Shown piece after piece: positions 1 through 11,300 of a stretch of 64,000 bases of DNA (positions are counted from its first letter, which is position 1; the number at the start of each line of letters is the position of its first letter). Source of the DNA: Fimicolochytrium jonesii (lineage: Eukaryota). The translations under genes were made by a program, and so were the position numbers. Where the stretch lies: the NCBI RefSeq assembly GCF_025526975.1, contig NW_026515677.1, forward strand, positions 744,001 to 808,000, read 5' to 3'. Below the pieces are notes generated by a model, which saw only the letters and a list, made by a program, of their open reading frames with translations, was not told the DNA's origin and searched no databases.

Positions 1-325
1 TTTTATAGTGTTGACGCACTGTGTGATGTGTGTGTTTGAGGCAAAGGCGTCCCTAAGCCGATGTCGTGTGTGATGTGTGTGTGTAAGGTCGGTTCTTGCG
101 TCGCCGCGCGTGATGTGATGTAGTTTACGTCGCTATTGTCAGCGGTGTGATTGATAGTGAGCGGTTCTTGCGGCGTCGCGCATGTGATGTGATATGAGAT
201 GCTCTATGCTGTTCGTCTCCGTATCCACAAAGATTGTGGATGAGCTTTTCGCCATCGTTTGTAGGCAGGTGTGTAGCGAAGTGCGGATTCACGTTCCCAA
301 GTAGGGTCAGGATAACCGAGCCATT
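1..325 (-). mobile_element. Fragment of a family-B Ty3/Gypsy chromovirus: integrase C-terminal chromodomain plus 3' UTR
   Basis: 1-224 is the reverse complement of ~17002-17225 (family-B 3' UTR). On the minus strand, 325 down to ~205 reads WLGYPDPTWERESALRYTPAYKRWRK..., the second half of a chromodomain. It is interrupted at 325/326 by element A. Confidence 0.85.
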
Positions 326-543
326 TGTAATGAGGTGCTGCAGGTGTCACCTTAGTGCGGGGAAGCGCGTAGGGCATGAGATCACGTGTAGCATAGATTA
401 TATTCGGGTTCTACGCTCTGGGGTGACTCCCGAGGGAAGAAAAGCCTTCGGGCGGCGCCCCGGGAGGTAGAAACTCTAGAATTCTTTCAATACATCAAGC
501 GGAGACAGAGCTAGCCTCTGGCAACGGACCTAGCAATATTACA
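326..543 (+). repeat. 5' LTR of element A (218 bp)
   Basis: Inverted termini TGTAAT (326-331) and ATTACA (538-543), immediately followed by the PBS. The left end coincides with the break in the upstream chromodomain frame. Confidence 0.8.
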
Positions 544-556
544 TGGTAGCACCACC
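544..556 (+). promoter_or_regulatory. Primer-binding site TGGTAGCACCACC (probably initiator tRNA-Met)
   Basis: Starts with TGG directly after the LTR's terminal CA. Resembles the Ty1/Ty3 iMet PBS TGGTAGCG. The identical 13-mer occurs at 8017-8029 (-). Confidence 0.8.
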
Positions 557-582
557 CTTCAAGATCTCTCCGGCAACCTACG

Positions 583-2103
583 ATGAGCAATTCTCAGGCG
601 GGTGCTAATACCGCCGTCAGCTATGCGATAGTTAACAATGACCGCTTAGAGCTTGACCCATTTGAACACCCGCATCAAAGGGTGCAACGGCTCGACGGAG
701 ACCAACCCCATGGCAACGGCCCCGCAGAGCGTAACCGCCCCTTGCACAGGCGCAGGGGGTCACCTCCGTGGTCGCCACCTGAAAGGAGGCACTCCCGCTC
801 ACGCTCACCCCGTCGACGTCAAAGGCCGGACCCCCGACGCCGGAATCGGACGCCAGAGCAATACAGGCGCGGACGACAAGGTCGCAGGAGCATCTCCCCA
901 CCCCGTCGAAGGAGCCGCTCAGCAAGCCGCTACGGCAGCCCCCCGGCGAGGACCCGAAGCCGCTCCCCCATGCGGCGCAGGAGCCGTACCCCAGCCCGAC
1001 AGGAGAACGGACAGGCAACAATCCTCCAAATCCTAGCCCAGCTGGCCAACACCAACGCCCCACTCCAGCAGCGATTCGAGCGCCTGGAGAGGGACCGCCC
1101 AGATGACAGCCCCTTCGCTGGCGTACGAGTTAGCCGCGAGGACCATTTGGCGGCTAGCGAAGAGCGTAAGCGCAAGGCGGCCGCCGAGAAGGAGTTCCGT
1201 ACCACCTTGGCTAAGATGCTGACCAAGTTCGATGGTAAGGCTAACGGTAAAGACATGGTCGCCAAACTGGACGAGTTTGTCGACGCCCACCTACGCTATC
1301 TGGAAGCCACCGAATTCAGAACGGAGGACGGGGACGTGAAACACTTTGTAGCCCACTTGTCGGCAGACGCCGCTGAGTGGTGGAAGCTCGAGGCTCGCTC
1401 CGGAGAGCCTCCGCCACCCGGGAACGGTTCCTGAAGGCACTCAGGTGCAGGTTCTACCCCGCCAACCTCCGTAATTCGGTCGAGGCGAAACTGGCCGCCC
1501 TGAAGTTCAAAGACAGCATGCCAGACTACGTTTGGGCCTTCAACGCACTGACCACACAGATTGCTATCCTCCCCAAAAAGTAACATCTCATGCCGCGACA
1601 GGAATGTGAGTACTTCCTGAACGGGCTGACCTTCCACCAGGTCGGACGTCGCATCCGTGAGCAGTGGTTACCAGTTCATCCTACAACAGGGCAATGAGGA
1701 CGAAGACATCCCCATCAAGACCCTCCAGGAAGCCGCCCAGAGGGCCTTCCGCATCAGGGGTTATGCCGACGGGATCGCCCGCATTTTGGAAGACGGCAAA
1801 CAGATCCAACCCGCTACGGCCACTCCGGCCCAGGCTCGCGACAAGCGCGATACGCCCCGCACCTTCAACTCCAACCGAGTACCCCTTGGGAAGGAGAGGA
1901 AAACTCAGCGAGGCGAATGTCACACTTGCGGCAGCAAGGACCACTACGCCCGAGCGTGCCCTAAGAACCCGGACCGACTCAAGATCTCGGCGGGGCCCAA
2001 CGAGGCCTTCGATGATGACAACGACAAGTTCCATTCGGCCGCGGAGGAGCCCCCGAGCCCCGCATACTCCGTCAACAGTCAGGATTTTCGCTTCAGGGCC
2101 TGA
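583..2103 (+). pseudogene. gag: Element A gag (RS-rich N-terminus, capsid-like region, zinc knuckle), disrupted
   Basis: Split across ORFs 583-1434, 1377-1583 and 1657-2103 by frameshifts and a stop. Contains AAEWW...RFYPANLR...LAALK and CHTCGSKDHYARAC. Confidence 0.85.
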
Positions 2104-3834
2104 CCGTCTGCAGCGCCTCAGCGTCCAGACAACCCGAGGGACCTACTGGACCCCGACTGCAGGACACCATTCCGGAATACCGCTCTGGGCCCATCATCGA
2201 CAAGCACACGTTCATGGTCCATGGACGTGTCGGCGGCATCTTCTGCTGCATCCTCATAGACACTGGTTGCAATACCATGGTCATCAGCCACTCATTTGCC
2301 CAACGCCATGATCTTAACACGTACGACTGTCCCACGCCCCTCGAGGTGCGCTGGGGTGACAAAGCCGGATCATACGGCGCCACGCGGATGATTTGTGCCG
2401 ACCTCTCCGTCTTCACGGAGGAACGAATACCTCATAAGACCCCTCCGGTCCCGTTCGTTGTGGCCCCGATCCGCGCGGATGTTATCCTAGGGCTACCCTA
2501 CATCCTGGACCTTGACCTCATACACTTATGGTGCGACAATGGGTTCCCGGCGCTTCAATTCGAGGCTAACGCAACCGTACTAACTTTCTGGACTAAACCC
2601 ACCACCCGCCAATGGCAACAACCCAGCGCTTGCGCGGCCCGGTTACTCGAACCTCATACGGGCCGTCGCCCCCGCCGTTTCTACCCAAAGCGCGCGGCCT
2701 TAAATGAGGAGAGCTTCCTCACGGCCAAACAATCCAAGCGAGCGATCAAGAGGGAGAAGACCACCGAGGTCTATACCGCATGGGTCTCACGCACGGACAC
2801 GGAGGTGGACCTGGCCACAGACGACGCCCTTGCGGACGTCGCCAAAGCCGAGGCTAACTTCGTTCGCACGGTCGAGGCGAAGAAACGTGCAATCCTGGCG
2901 GACCGAAAGGCAACGGCCACCCCTCCGGATACCACCCCGGAGGATCCACTCGCGTCGGTCGTTGCCGACCACCCTCTTCGCCCGACGTTGGAACAGTTTA
3001 CAGATACCCTCTTTTCCGAACAGACCGGCCTCCCGCCGGACCGCGGCGACGACAACTTCAGCATCAATCTGAAGCCCGGCTCCAAGCCTTCCATGCTCCC
3101 ACTCCGCCACTTGGCCCCTGATGAACTCGACGAGTTACGGCAGCAACTCGAGCGCCTATCATCCCGCGGGTGGATCTCCCACTCTAAGAGCCCCTGGGGG
3201 GCACCCGTGCTGTTTGCCCCGAAGAAAGACGGTGGTCTCTGTTGCTGCATCGACTACCGGGCCCTCAACAAGATGACCCATAAGGACGCCACGCCCCTCC
3301 CGAACCTCAACGAGCTTCGGGACCGCCTCGTCGGCATGAAGGTCTTCACCGCTATCGACATCCGCGATGCCTACCACTGCATCCTCATTCGGGAGGAAGA
3401 CCGTGAGAAGACTGCCTTCCGGACGCGCTTCGGCCACTTCCAGTACAATGTTGAGGTAGGCAGGGATATATAGATGTATTATGGGTAAAGAAGAAAAGAG
3501 AAAGCCGGCGCAGTCGCGCGCGAATATGTACAAGTAGAAAAATCCAACAACAAGTCATGTGACCAAGGGATATAAACTAGCTACTGGGTTAGGGTTACCG
3601 CGTTACCGCAGGGAGCTAGGGTTGCGGGAATATGACTCGGCTCCCCACCACACCACATTCCGGGAATATGACTTGGCTCCCCACCACACCACAACGTATT
3701 ACCCTTCGGGCTGACAAACGCGCCCGCAACGTTCCAACGCCTCACGAACAAACTCCTGGGCAACAAGTACGATTCATACCTCATCTCTTACCTCGATGAC
3801 ATCCTTATTTTCAGCCCCAACATGGACTCACACA
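2082..3834 (+). pseudogene. pol: Element A pol (protease and RT), interrupted by a solo LTR and truncated
   Basis: LIDTGC protease; KTAFRTRFGHFQYNV, then the insertion, then LPFGLTNAPATFQR...YLDDILIFS. Confidence 0.9.
3452..3693 (-). mobile_element. Probable solo LTR (family E, 242 bp) inserted in the RT of element A
   Basis: TG...CA ends flanked by ATGT/ACGT, a 4-bp TSD with one C/T difference (an alternative ACAA TSD shifts the ends by 3 bp). Removing it restores QYNVLPFG. Strand is tentative. Confidence 0.7.
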
Positions 3835-4009
3835 GCAAAGGTGTCCCTAAGCCGACGTCGTGTGTGATGTGTGTGTGTAAGGTCGGTTCTTGCGTCGCCG
3901 CGCGTGATGTGATGTAGTTTATGTCGCTATTGTCAGCGATGTGATTGATAGTGAGCGGTTCTTGCGGCGTCGCGTGTGATGTGATATGAGATGCTCTATG
4001 CTGTTCGTC

Positions 4010-7000
4010 TCTGTATTCTTCGATTGGTGGAGGAGGTTGTGGAACTGCACGTTGCGGATATTGCTCTTTGCGATGTGGTCGTAAAATATCGACGTGAAAG
4101 ACGGGCCAGATGCCGCTGATCCTTGATGGTGATAAACCGAGTTCGTAGGTATCAGGATGTGCTCCCAGTGCGATGATTTTGAATGGTCCAATCCACGTAG
4201 CTGAGTATCGAAGTCCTCTTCGTGCGTCTATTTCTAAGTTGATTCCTTGTCGATTCAGATCGACGAGGTCGCCAATTTTGTAGGCGATTGGCGTTCGACA
4301 AGCATGTTGCTGATCTGCGTATGCATGTCAAGGCGTCGTTGACAATCTACACACCAAGGTGCATAGATTGGATTGCGGGAGAGCATGTCGGCGATATGAT
4401 TCCATCGTCCAGGTAAATACTGGATGTCGAAATCATACTCTTGTAGCTTCTCCACCCAATTGGCTTGTCTTCTGCTCAAATGGGAATGCGTTTGGATGAA
4501 TTCGAGTCCCTTGTGATCGCTGAAACATCGGAAGTAGCGACCGATGAGATATGGTCGATTGGCGACCAACATCTTGACAAGAGCTAAAAGCTCCTGTTCG
4601 TGCGTAGGATATCGAATTTCTGCGTCCTTCATCCTTCTAGAAAAGAAGACTACAGGCCGGAGCCGCGGTAACTTCTTCCATTGTCCAACGAGAGTAGGCA
4701 GATTCGTAGGGATCGTTTCATCGCCAGAAGGTTGTCCAATCCAGCCAGCGATAGCGTAGCCTGATGAGTCAGTATAAACGTAAATCGGCTTGGTTTCATC
4801 AATTGTTGCTAGCGTAGGCGCATTGATCAACGCTTGTTTCAACTTTTGAAATGCCTCTTGTTGCTCAGGACCCCATGGAAATTTGACTTTCGAAGATTGA
4901 ATACTTGATAGGTGCAGAGCGATGTCCGAATAACCTTGTACGAAGTCGAGGAAGTAGTTCGTGAACCCGAGAAAGCTTTGAACTCCTTTTGTTGACTTTG
5001 GAGTAGCCCAGTCCTTGATAGCTTGAATTTTCGAGGGCGCGATGCGAACACCATGTCTTCCGACAATATGTCCACACCATTCGAGTTCTTCTTTAGCCCA
5101 TACGCACTTTGAAGGCTTGATGAAAAGGGCGTGTTCTTCAAGTTTCTTCAGGATACGATCGACGTGTTCCCGATGTTCGGCTAAGGTCTTCGAGAAAATG
5201 AAAATGTTGTCCAAGTAGGTAGCGAGGAAGTCGTCGTAATCTTTATGGAAGATTTTATTCATAAGACGTTGAAATGCAGCAGGTGCGTTGGTAAGCATGA
5301 ACGGCATGACCAAATACTCGAAATGTCGGAAGCGAGTTCATATTGCCGTCTTTTCTCGATCTTGTTTTTGTATAAGAAGACGATGGTATGCTTCTTGAAT
5401 ATCGATAAGCGTAAACCATTTACAACCATGAGTCCGATCCCTCATCTCACGAATATTGGGTAAAGGAGTGCGATCTTTCTTGGTGACGGCGTTGAGACCT
5501 TGGTAGTCCCAACAGATGCGTAATCCACCATCTTTCTTTTTCGCAAAGACGACACTAGCTCCCCAGGGACTTGAGCAGTGTTTTCTCCATCCTTTTTCGA
5601 GCATCGAGGTGATTTGTTTCTTGAGTTCAGCAAGTTCTTCTTTGTTCATGTGCCGAAGAGGTTGCCAAACAGGTTCAGCACCTTCAGTGAGATCGTTTTT
5701 GAAATTATCTTCTCCGCGATCAGGCGGTAGACCTTCCGGTTCCTTGAAGAGCGTATTGACGTATTTTTTTAGGATATCTTTAACATGTCCTGGATTTCCT
5801 TTAAGCTCTTGAGGAGCGTCCGGTATTTCGTTAAGAGCGAGGCGACAGACCGTGTCTTTTTCAAACTTGTTCCGTTGCCAAGCCTTATTGAATCGCTTGG
5901 AAGTCATTTCTATGACTTGAGGATTCCGAAGGGCATTGGCTTGAGCGAATCGAGGTACATAATGAGGTGCGGCTTGTAGAGGACGAGTATCCACAGGTTT
6001 CATGATCCGAACAGGTCGAACGGGTCTTTTGTCATAGACCGGATCTCGTTGTACATCGAAGTAAGGGTTGTTGTGTTTCGGGATGTATTCAACAGCTTCC
6101 CAGTTTCTTGAAGTTCTTTCGCATTTGATGGTGACAGACTGCGGTGCGTTTGGTATAGGGCCGTACTTGGTCCAGCAAAGGATAGGTAAGGTACTCATCG
6201 AGAATTGTTCAGCGTAATTAAAGAAACGCCAGAAAGGCATTCCAATAATAGCGTCGTAAGCCAGATTACTGACTAGCCAGGGAAGTTGTCCAACTAAGAA
6301 AAGCGACTGAGATTGGAGATCCCATAGATCTAACTTTTCCGAAACGACTGTGTCGAGAATCATGTATAATACTTTGTCGGCCAGCCATATCTGCTTCAGT
6401 TTGATACGTTTCTTGGGAAATTTGTGCTTTTCGACGAATGTCTTGTCAAGGAATAACCCAGTGCGCCGCTATCAAAAAGAACACGAGCAAACTTGTTTCC
6501 AATGCGACAATGAGAGACCCGGAGTCCAGCAGACAGTGGTTCGAAGGCAGGTTGATCGGTAGGATCGTATGTTGTAGGCCGAGCAGAGCTCCTGAGGGGC
6601 TCTATCGACCTTGGAAAAAACTCGAAGATTTGTAGTAGTATTCGTAGTATTTGCAGAGTTGACGGCGTGATTGAGAGTTTCCATAATGCGTGACCCAGCA
6701 TCAACCTGATTGGCTGAACCTTGTTGTTGATTAGGTTGGCGACGAAACTGCGAAGTTTGAGCGCCACGACTGCGCTGTCGAAAACCACAGCGTCGGTTCT
6801 GGGTTTGCGAGCCTTGCTGTCGATTTTCGGGATTTGACCAGCATTCAACTCTCCAATGTCCCATTTTGTTACAAAGGGGACAAGGAGTCGTTGGACGTTG
6901 ACGAGGAACGTGAGTAGTTTGCCATTGTCCACGTCGACGAAAGGGCTGTTGACGTTGGTATGGAACTTGACCTGTAGTGAGACGACTCACTCCAGGGGGA

Positions 7001-7935
7001 CAGTACCGCGTGCCGAGGGCATTGAGCCCAAAGGTCATATCATCTAAGTCTTGCTCGAATTCCGTAATTCAAGGATTGGTGTAAGGGGCGAATCGTCCGC
7101 CACGACCACCGCCACGACTACCTCGACCGCGGCTGGGTCCACGGCCGCCCCGAGCACTCGATGCCGAGGCAACCGGACGAGGCGTATTGGCTTGGTTGCC
7201 GTCAGTGAACCCGTGAGCCACATGAGCACGACGAGTTGCAGGGATAGCTTGATCGAGAGTGATAGGGGTATTGATATTGGTAGTGCCCGAGACTTCAAAG
7301 TTCGTAACGGCTTCAGCAAGATAATGACCGATTACCGTATTCTTGAGAAGACCGGCCTTGAAGTATCGAATTTGATCGATAAGGGAAATGGTGCCTTGAG
7401 TGTTATCGAGAGGATGAGCAGCTTCAAGCTCATTATTGATGTCTTGAAACTCCTTGATATATTTCTCGAGAGAGTCGCCGAGCTTGAGACCGGAGAGCTT
7501 GAGCTCAATAGTATTACACAAATTGCGAGGATAAAAGTGAGCGACAAGAGCCGTTTCAAAAGCTGTCCAACTTGCGGGTGGTCCAGCGGCGTAAGTCGTA
7601 TTGTACCACTTGAGAGCAGTACCCTTGAGATAAGTAGTGAGCGTAGGGGCGTACTCTGCCATAGTAAAGGGTATGGCGTTGGCAGCTCCAGTACCGTCTG
7701 ATCCAGCTTGTACAGCCGGGACAGTGAGAGACTCGAGAAAGTTGTGGTGAGACGGCGCGACCTCTTCGATCTTTTTGGCAGCTTTGGCACCATCGTATTC
7801 GACGAGCTTGTTCTTGCGAGCGTCTATAAGAAGTTTGAAACGTTCGGCTCGTTGGGTGTCTTGCGTAACAGCACGCTGCTGAGTAGCAAAAGCAGCTGCG
7901 ACAGCCGCAACGATAGCTTGAGTCTGTGCGTCCAT
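4010..7935 (-). pseudogene. B1 gag-pol, disrupted
   Basis: ORF pieces 7069-7935, 6472-7038, 6396-6932, 5338-6363 and 4255-5313. Stops at 7069 and 5338 are CGA>TGA-type. Confidence 0.9.
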
Positions 7936-8016
7936 TCTTGCTTGTGCACGAGTATAAGGGCGACGTCCGGTAGAGGGGCGACGTTGACGAGGAATATCTT
8001 GGTGATGCTAGCGGTA

Positions 8017-8029
8017 GGTGGTGCTACCA
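8017..8029 (-). promoter_or_regulatory. Primer-binding site TGGTAGCACCACC of B1
   Basis: Directly follows the LTR end ...GTTACA on the minus strand. Confidence 0.8.
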
Positions 8030-8304
8030 TGTAACGTCAGAGGAAAATGTAGACGATATTGGGCCCTTCTGATAGGCCTGAGAGCAGTGTATTGTAGTGA
8101 AGAAAAAGTAAGAAGCTCTTCGCAGCGGCCGCTCGACTGACAGCTTTATATACGGGCTGCCAGTGGGGCTTGCGTGGCTTCAGTGGGGCTTGGCGCCTCA
8201 TGTAATGTATCACCGAGAGCTCGGGTGGCCAGCCCGGGTCTCGGATCAAGTAAAAGTCAAGAGATATAATATGAAATACAAGTGAAGATGAGATATCCCG
8301 GACA
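8030..8304 (-). repeat. 5' LTR of B1 (275 bp)
   Basis: TGTCCGGG...GTTACA; colinear with and the same length as 17336-17610. Confidence 0.9.
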
Positions 8305-8331
8305 GCGTCGTCCATAACATCACCCCTCCCT

Positions 8332-11300
8332 TTAGCAGCGGCGGCGGCGGCGTCGGGTCTGGCCGGGTCGCAGAGGAGGCGCTACAGGGACAGAGGAAGG
8401 CTTGTTGGGGTACGCGCTGTGGAAGTCCTTGAGGAGTGCGTCGGTATGGGTGAGGTGTTTCACGGGCTCCCAGGTGTTCTCGGAGTCAGGTCAGCCCTGC
8501 GATTTGACCAAGTACTGAAGGCGACGACGGTGGATGCGAGAGTCAAGGATGGCTTCAACAATCCACTCTTCTTGACCCTCAACGGTCTCTGGGGGTGCGG
8601 GTTCGGGTTCGTGTTGTTGGGGGATGGTGAAGCGGGGTTTGAGGAGCGAGACATGGAAGACATCGTGGATTTTGTACGTAGGCTGGAGCTTGAGCCGGTA
8701 GGCGACTGGATTGATCTTTTCAACGATGGGAAATGGCCCAATCTTGCGATGGTCGAGTTTCTGAGAGGGCCGGGTTGTCTGGAGGTTTTTGCGGAGGAGC
8801 CAGACGTGGTCGCCAGGCTTGAAGTCCGGCCCAGGAATTCGCTTAGCGTCAGCGTAGCGCTTCATTTGATCTTGGGCTTCCTTGAGCTCAAAGGCGAGCT
8901 GTTCATGGACTTCCCTGATTTGTGGAGCGCGGGCTTGAGCGGCGGGGTTGACGGATTCGGAGGTAGCCGAGGCAGCGAAACTGAAGCGGGGGCGGAGACC
9001 CTTGTTGGCGTAGAATGGGGTCGTCTGGGAGGCGGCCTGGTGGGTGTTGTTGTAGGCGAACTCGGCGGACGGCAGAAGCTGTTTCCAGTTGTCCTGTTGG
9101 TGTTTGCAAAAGCATCGAAGATACTGCTCCAGGATCTGGTTGGTGCGTTCCGTCTGGCCGTCGCTCTGGGGGTGGAAGGCTGAGGAGAGGTTGGCTTTCG
9201 CCCCAAGGAGTTCGAGAAGTCGACGCCAGAACCGGGACTTGAACTGGGGTCCTCGGTCAGAGATGATCTCGTCGGGGAGGCCGTGAAGACGGATGATATT
9301 GTGGAAGACCAGGTTGGCGGTGGATTTGGCGGATTCTGACTCGCTGCAGGCGATGAAGTGGGCCATCTTGGTGAGGCGACAGTGGACGTTGAGGATGGAG
9401 TCGTACCCATCCACGGGAGGCAGACTGGTGATAAAGTCCAGGGACCAAGATCCTCAAGGGCGGGTAGGGATACTGTTGGGCTGGAGTAGGCCGTACGGTT
9501 TGTGTCGACTGGACTTTGCTTGGCTACAGATATCGCAGGACTTGACGTAGGCCTTGACGCAGCGCCACTGGCTGGGCCACCATTAGTTGCGGGAGGTGAG
9601 TTCGAGCGTCTTGGACATCCCGAAGTGGCCGGCTAGGGGTGTATCGTGCATGTTGTGGCAGATTTCAGCTCGGAGCTCATTGGTGGGGACATAGACAAGG
9701 TTATCGTGCGGCAGGATCCCATCTTCATCTGAGAACCGTTTGATACAATCTTGGGTTTCCTCGGTCCGTTGGGCGAGGGGTATCTTGAGCTCTTTGCGGA
9801 TGGTCTTAGCGAGGGAATCAAAGGCCTGGGTGGCCTTAATCTTGTCAAGAAGCGTAGTATCCATGGGTGTGAGGTAGGCAGCGGCAAGGCGGAGGCGTTC
9901 GGGAGTCAAAATTGTGGTTGCCTGGGAGCGGAACGCTTCTTCCCCTTTTTTTAGCTCATGTTTGGAGCGTCGGGAGAGGGCATCGGCTTGGTGCTGCTGG
10001 GAACCGGGGCGATAGGTAATGACAAAGTCAAAATCCGAGAAGAATATCGACCAGCGGGCTTGGCGGCGGTTCAGGGTGCGGGTGGTCATGAAGTACTGAA
10101 GGTTTTTATGGTCGGAGTAAACGGTGATCTTGTGACGGGCGCCAATGAGATGGTGTCGCCACTGGGCAAAGGAGTCTTGGATGGCCAGAAGTTCCTTGTC
10201 GTAGATCTCGCAGTTGATCTCTTTGGCCGTGAATTTGCGAGAGCGGAACGCCACAAGGTGGAGCTGATTGTCCTGGTCAGGTTGGAGGGGAACTGCGCCG
10301 AGAACGAAGTCGGAGGAGTCAGTTTCGACGACGAAGGGCTTCTCTGGGTCAGGGTGAGCAAGGACAGGGGCGGTGGTGAATGATTTCTTCAGGTTCTCGA
10401 AGGCAGTGTTTGCGGCGGGTGTCCAGGCGTACGGGATGTCTTTCCGGGTCAGGGCTGTGAGCGGGGTCGCGATCTTGGAATAGCCTTGGATGAATCGGCG
10501 GTAGAAGTTGGCAAAGCCGAGGAAACGCTGGACGCCTTTGACATTCTTGGGGGGCTCCCAATCCGTGATGGCAGCGATCTTCTTGGGGTCCATCTGGATG
10601 CCTTTCTTGGAGATGATGAAGCCTAGGAACTCGACAGATTCGCGGTTGAATTCGCACTTCTCGGGTTTGGCGTTGTGGTGGTGGCCGGCAGAAGCGAGGG
10701 TCTGTCGAATACGGGGTTACGGTCGGATGTCAGGAAAAATAAGCTGCCGGTCTCTCAATAGCACAAGAAGAGATCTCAAGCGAGAGCGTCATCTTGCCAC
10801 CTTAGTATCCGGGTGCTTTGAAAGGAGTCCTTCTTCTAATACGGGGTCTTGAATTTCGGGTGCGGGTACAAAATACGAAATCAGGAATATCTGCGGGTTT
10901 GACTACAAAACAAAACAACGGGGTTATCCAATCTCACTCTCAGCTCTTCTTACTAGATTCCTGAACTATCAAGTCCTCGGCCACGTCAGCAAAGTACAAG
11001 TCACGACTCTCGGGGTCATCTTGTCTAAGCTCTCCGGGTCTATGAGCGCGCCTTGAAAGTCTATCTGAAACTGAAAGAAGTTGTCGGGAGTAGGGAAGTA
11101 GAAAGCTCTGTTGCTGATTGGGATCTGTGTTCTGCGTATCGTACAAAGGTCTGGGGAAAACAGTCAGGTTTTTATATGGATTTTTGTAAGCTCCGGGATT
11201 TTGTCGAAGTCCAAACTCTCTACTAGTCGTCTCTAGAGGATTTAGCTACGTCGGGGTCTTTTTCTCTTTTCCTGGGGCGGTCTACGTAGTGTTTCCATTT

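Larger units (their letters stand above)
326..3834 (+). mobile_element. Ty3/Gypsy LTR retrotransposon A, 3'-truncated (5' LTR, PBS, gag, protease, partial RT)
   Basis: LTR TGTAAT...ATTACA, then PBS, gag with a CCHC knuckle, protease LIDTGC, and RT motifs SPWGAPVLF and YLDDILIFS. Sequence switches abruptly to family B at ~3835. Confidence 0.92.
3835..8304 (-). mobile_element. Family-B Ty3/Gypsy element, copy B1 (5' LTR, PBS, gag, PR, RT, RNase H, internally deleted integrase; 3' LTR missing)
   Basis: LTR 8030-8304 and PBS 8017-8029. Gag has an RGG tract and CPLCNKMGHWRVEC. Also FDSGA protease, YLDNIF RT, TDSSGYAIAG RNase H and a GPF remnant. Confidence 0.93.

Noticed and set aside
7051..7701. 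216-aa antisense ORF also present at 13318-13968
   Set aside because: It is the reverse frame of family-B gag. Its recurrence reflects the near-identity of B1 and B2, and it has no recognisable domain.
8030..8319. A single 290-bp LTR shared by C and B1
   Set aside because: Comparison with 17336-17610 shows the B LTR starts at 8304. Bases 8305-8319 are the stub of C's own LTR.
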